This document shows, piece by piece, positions 62,159 to 64,000 of a DNA stretch of 64,000 nt. Under the pieces are notes generated by a model. It was not told the DNA's origin and made no database searches. It worked only from the letters and a program-made list of their open reading frames with translations. Source of the DNA: Gemmatimonadales bacterium (GTDB taxonomy: Bacteria; Gemmatimonadota; Gemmatimonadetes; Gemmatimonadales; GWC2-71-9); the NCBI GenBank assembly GCA_039794085.1, contig JBDIWC010000016.1, positions 1 to 64,000 of the forward strand. The letters are read 5' to 3'. Position 1 is the stretch's first letter; every line of letters starts with the position of its first letter. The translations under genes and the position numbers were made by a program.

Positions 62159-62907
62159 CCGGTTCCGGTCGATGCCCCCGAGCGGACCACCTCCGCCCAG
62201 GTGGCCGGCTCGAGGCTCGCCCCCCCGACGAGCACACCGTCCACCTCCTGCTGGGCCAGAAGCGCCCCGGCATTCCCCGGATTGACGCTCCCCCCGTAGA
62301 GGACGCGAGGCGCGGAGGCCCCGAATCCATCCAGCGTGGCCCGGATCAGGGCGTGGACCCGTGCGGCATCCTCGGGAGTGGCATTCCGTCCGGTTCCAAT
62401 GGCCCAGACTGGCTCATACGCGACCACCACCCGGGAGACCTCCTCGGGGCCGAGTCCCTCCAGGGCAGCTTCGAGCTGGCGCAGAACAACCGCCATCGTG
62501 TCGCCGCGCTCGCGCTCGGCCAGGGTCTCCCCCACACAGAGCACGGGGGTGAGTTGACCGGACAGCACCGCCGCAACCTTCCGGCGCGTGTCGTCCTCGG
62601 TCTCCCCAAACAGCTGCCGTCGTTCGCTGTGTCCCACCAGGGCGAGGGTGGCTCCCGCGCCGGCGGCCAGGGAAACCGAGAGAGCGCCGGTGAACGCGCC
62701 GGCAGGTTCCCAGTGGACATCCTGGACACCGCAGCGAATGTCCGGGCGACTCCGAAACGCGGTCACCGCCACGCCGAGGGTGACCGCGGGCGGGAAGAAC
62801 CAGATCTGGCGATGGGATTCCAGGGGAACGGCCGAGAGGAAGACCTTGGCAAATCGCCTTGCCTCCGCCGGGGTCATGTTCATCTTCCAGTTGGCGGCGA
62901 AGATCAC
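62155..62907 (-). CDS. tpiA: Triosephosphate isomerase
   Basis: AANWKMN, GHSERR, AYEPVWAIGTG, LYGGSV. Confidence 0.97.
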   Translation of the reverse strand: MIFAANWKMNMTPAEARRFAKVFLSAVPLESHRQIWFFPPAVTLGVAVTAFRSRPDIRCGVQDVHWEPAGAFTGALSVSLAAGAGATLALVGHSERRQLFGETEDDTRRKVAAVLSGQLTPVLCVGETLAERERGDTMAVVLRQLEAALEGLGPEEVSRVVVAYEPVWAIGTGRNATPEDAARVHALIRATLDGFGASAPRVLYGGSVNPGNAGALLAQQEVDGVLVGGASLEPATWAEVVRSGASTGTG

Positions 62908-64000
62908 GGGGTGACCTCGTCGAGCGCGGCGACGCCCGGGAGGGGTCTCCCCTCCAGGAATTCGAGCGACGCTCCACCTCCGGTGGAAACGTGCGTCATG
63001 CGGTCACTCAATCCCGCCTCCGCCACGGCCGCCGCGGAGTCTCCCCCCCCTACGATCGTGATACACCCCCGATCGGTGGCTTCCGCCATCGCCTGGGCGA
63101 TCGTGATCGTTCCGACATGGAATGGGGGAACCTCGAAGACGCCCATCGGTCCGTTCCAGAGCACGGTCCCGGCCTTCCTGATCCAGTCGACGAACGCGGT
63201 GGTGGTGTGAGGGTCGATATCGTACATGGCGAACCCCACGGGAATGCGATCTCGGGGCACCGACTGGGTCGTGATCCCCTCGATGAGTTCGGGGGCCACG
63301 AGGGCGCCTCCGGGGAGCACCAGCTTGGTACCCGCCCGGGAAAGAAGGTCCTGTGCCATTTCGAGGCGGTCGTCCTCCACGAGACTCAATCCGGTTTCGA
63401 ATCCCATGGCGCGGAAGAAGGTGCACGCCATGGCCCCTCCAACCAGGAGGGCATCGACCTTGGGAAGCAGGGCATCCACCAGGTCGATCTTGCCCGAGAT
63501 CTTGGCGCCGCCGAGAATGGCCACGAAGGGACGGGCGGGGTTCTGGAGGGCCTCTCCGAGATAGTGCAGCTCCCGCTCCAGGAGAAATCCGGCCACGGCC
63601 GGCTTGACGAGATGGGCCACCGCCTCGGTGCTGGCATGGGCCCGGTGGGCGGTTCCGAACGCATCGTTGACGAACAGATCTCCGTGCTCGGCCAATAGCC
63701 GGGCAAACTCGGGGTCGTTCCGCTCCTCTCCCGGGTAGAAACGGAGGTTTTCCAACAGGGCAATTCCCCCCCGGGGGAGACGGCGCGTTGAGGCCACCGT
63801 CTCCGCTCCCAGAGGAGTCTCCAGAAATTCGACGGGAGCGGCCAGGTGCTGCTCCAGGGATCGCCGGACCGGGGCCAGGGTGAACTCCGGACTCACGGTG
63901 CCCTTGGGCCGCCCCAGATGGGAACAGAGCACGATCCGGGCGCCGTGATCCCGGAGCCAGGAGATGGTCGGGAGAGCGGCCTGGATTCGCGTCGCGTCGG
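62904..64000 (-). CDS. pgk: Phosphoglycerate kinase, 5' end outside window
   Basis: SHLGRPKG, LLENLRF, NDAFGTAHR, WNGPMGVFE, STGGGASLE. Confidence 0.97.
   Translation of the reverse strand, partial: DATRIQAALPTISWLRDHGARIVLCSHLGRPKGTVSPEFTLAPVRRSLEQHLAAPVEFLETPLGAETVASTRRLPRGGIALLENLRFYPGEERNDPEFARLLAEHGDLFVNDAFGTAHRAHASTEAVAHLVKPAVAGFLLERELHYLGEALQNPARPFVAILGGAKISGKIDLVDALLPKVDALLVGGAMACTFFRAMGFETGLSLVEDDRLEMAQDLLSRAGTKLVLPGGALVAPELIEGITTQSVPRDRIPVGFAMYDIDPHTTTAFVDWIRKAGTVLWNGPMGVFEVPPFHVGTITIAQAMAEATDRGCITIVGGGDSAAAVAEAGLSDRMTHVSTGGGASLEFLEGRPLPGVAALDEVTP

Overview
A GC-rich (about 70% by eye) core-genome window, almost entirely on the minus strand. Gene order and content suggest a diderm bacterium, most likely Gemmatimonadota (inference). 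Reading the minus strand from the right end: pgk(partial)-tpiA-secG-carA-HU; moaD-moaE-moaA-trmL; [+ strand Oar-type TonB-dependent receptor]; mdh-sdhCAB; [+ strand dcd]; a complete nuoA-N operon; phosphomannomutase, UPF0182, sucCD, ndk; yceD-rpmF-plsX-fabHDG-acpP-fabF; futalosine genes mqnE-mqnA-mqnC, ispF, a DedA fusion, xerD; a hypothetical anchored protein; and kdsB-pyrG-kdsA-kdsC-kdsD-lptC-lptA(like)-lptB-rpoN running into a five-gene lipid-linked glycosylation module (GT2, GT4, flippase-like, YfhO-like GT-C, Dpm1-like GT2) and dapF. I saw no rRNA, tRNA, CRISPR array, transposase or prophage gene. Most interesting signals: (1) several unrelated 7-bp-period tandem arrays at gene 3' ends that carry sense-strand stop codons across reading frames, one locus combined with a GTAG-type REP and a BoxC-like hairpin; (2) a candidate protein O-glycosylation system, with exported proteins rich in the Bacteroidota D-(S/T)-(A/I/L/V/M/T) sequon; (3) an LptB with a ~140-aa extra N-terminal domain and altered motifs; (4) a DedA-TerB-like fusion; (5) several apparently leaderless sigma70 promoters. 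All calls come from motif recognition by eye; no searches were run.
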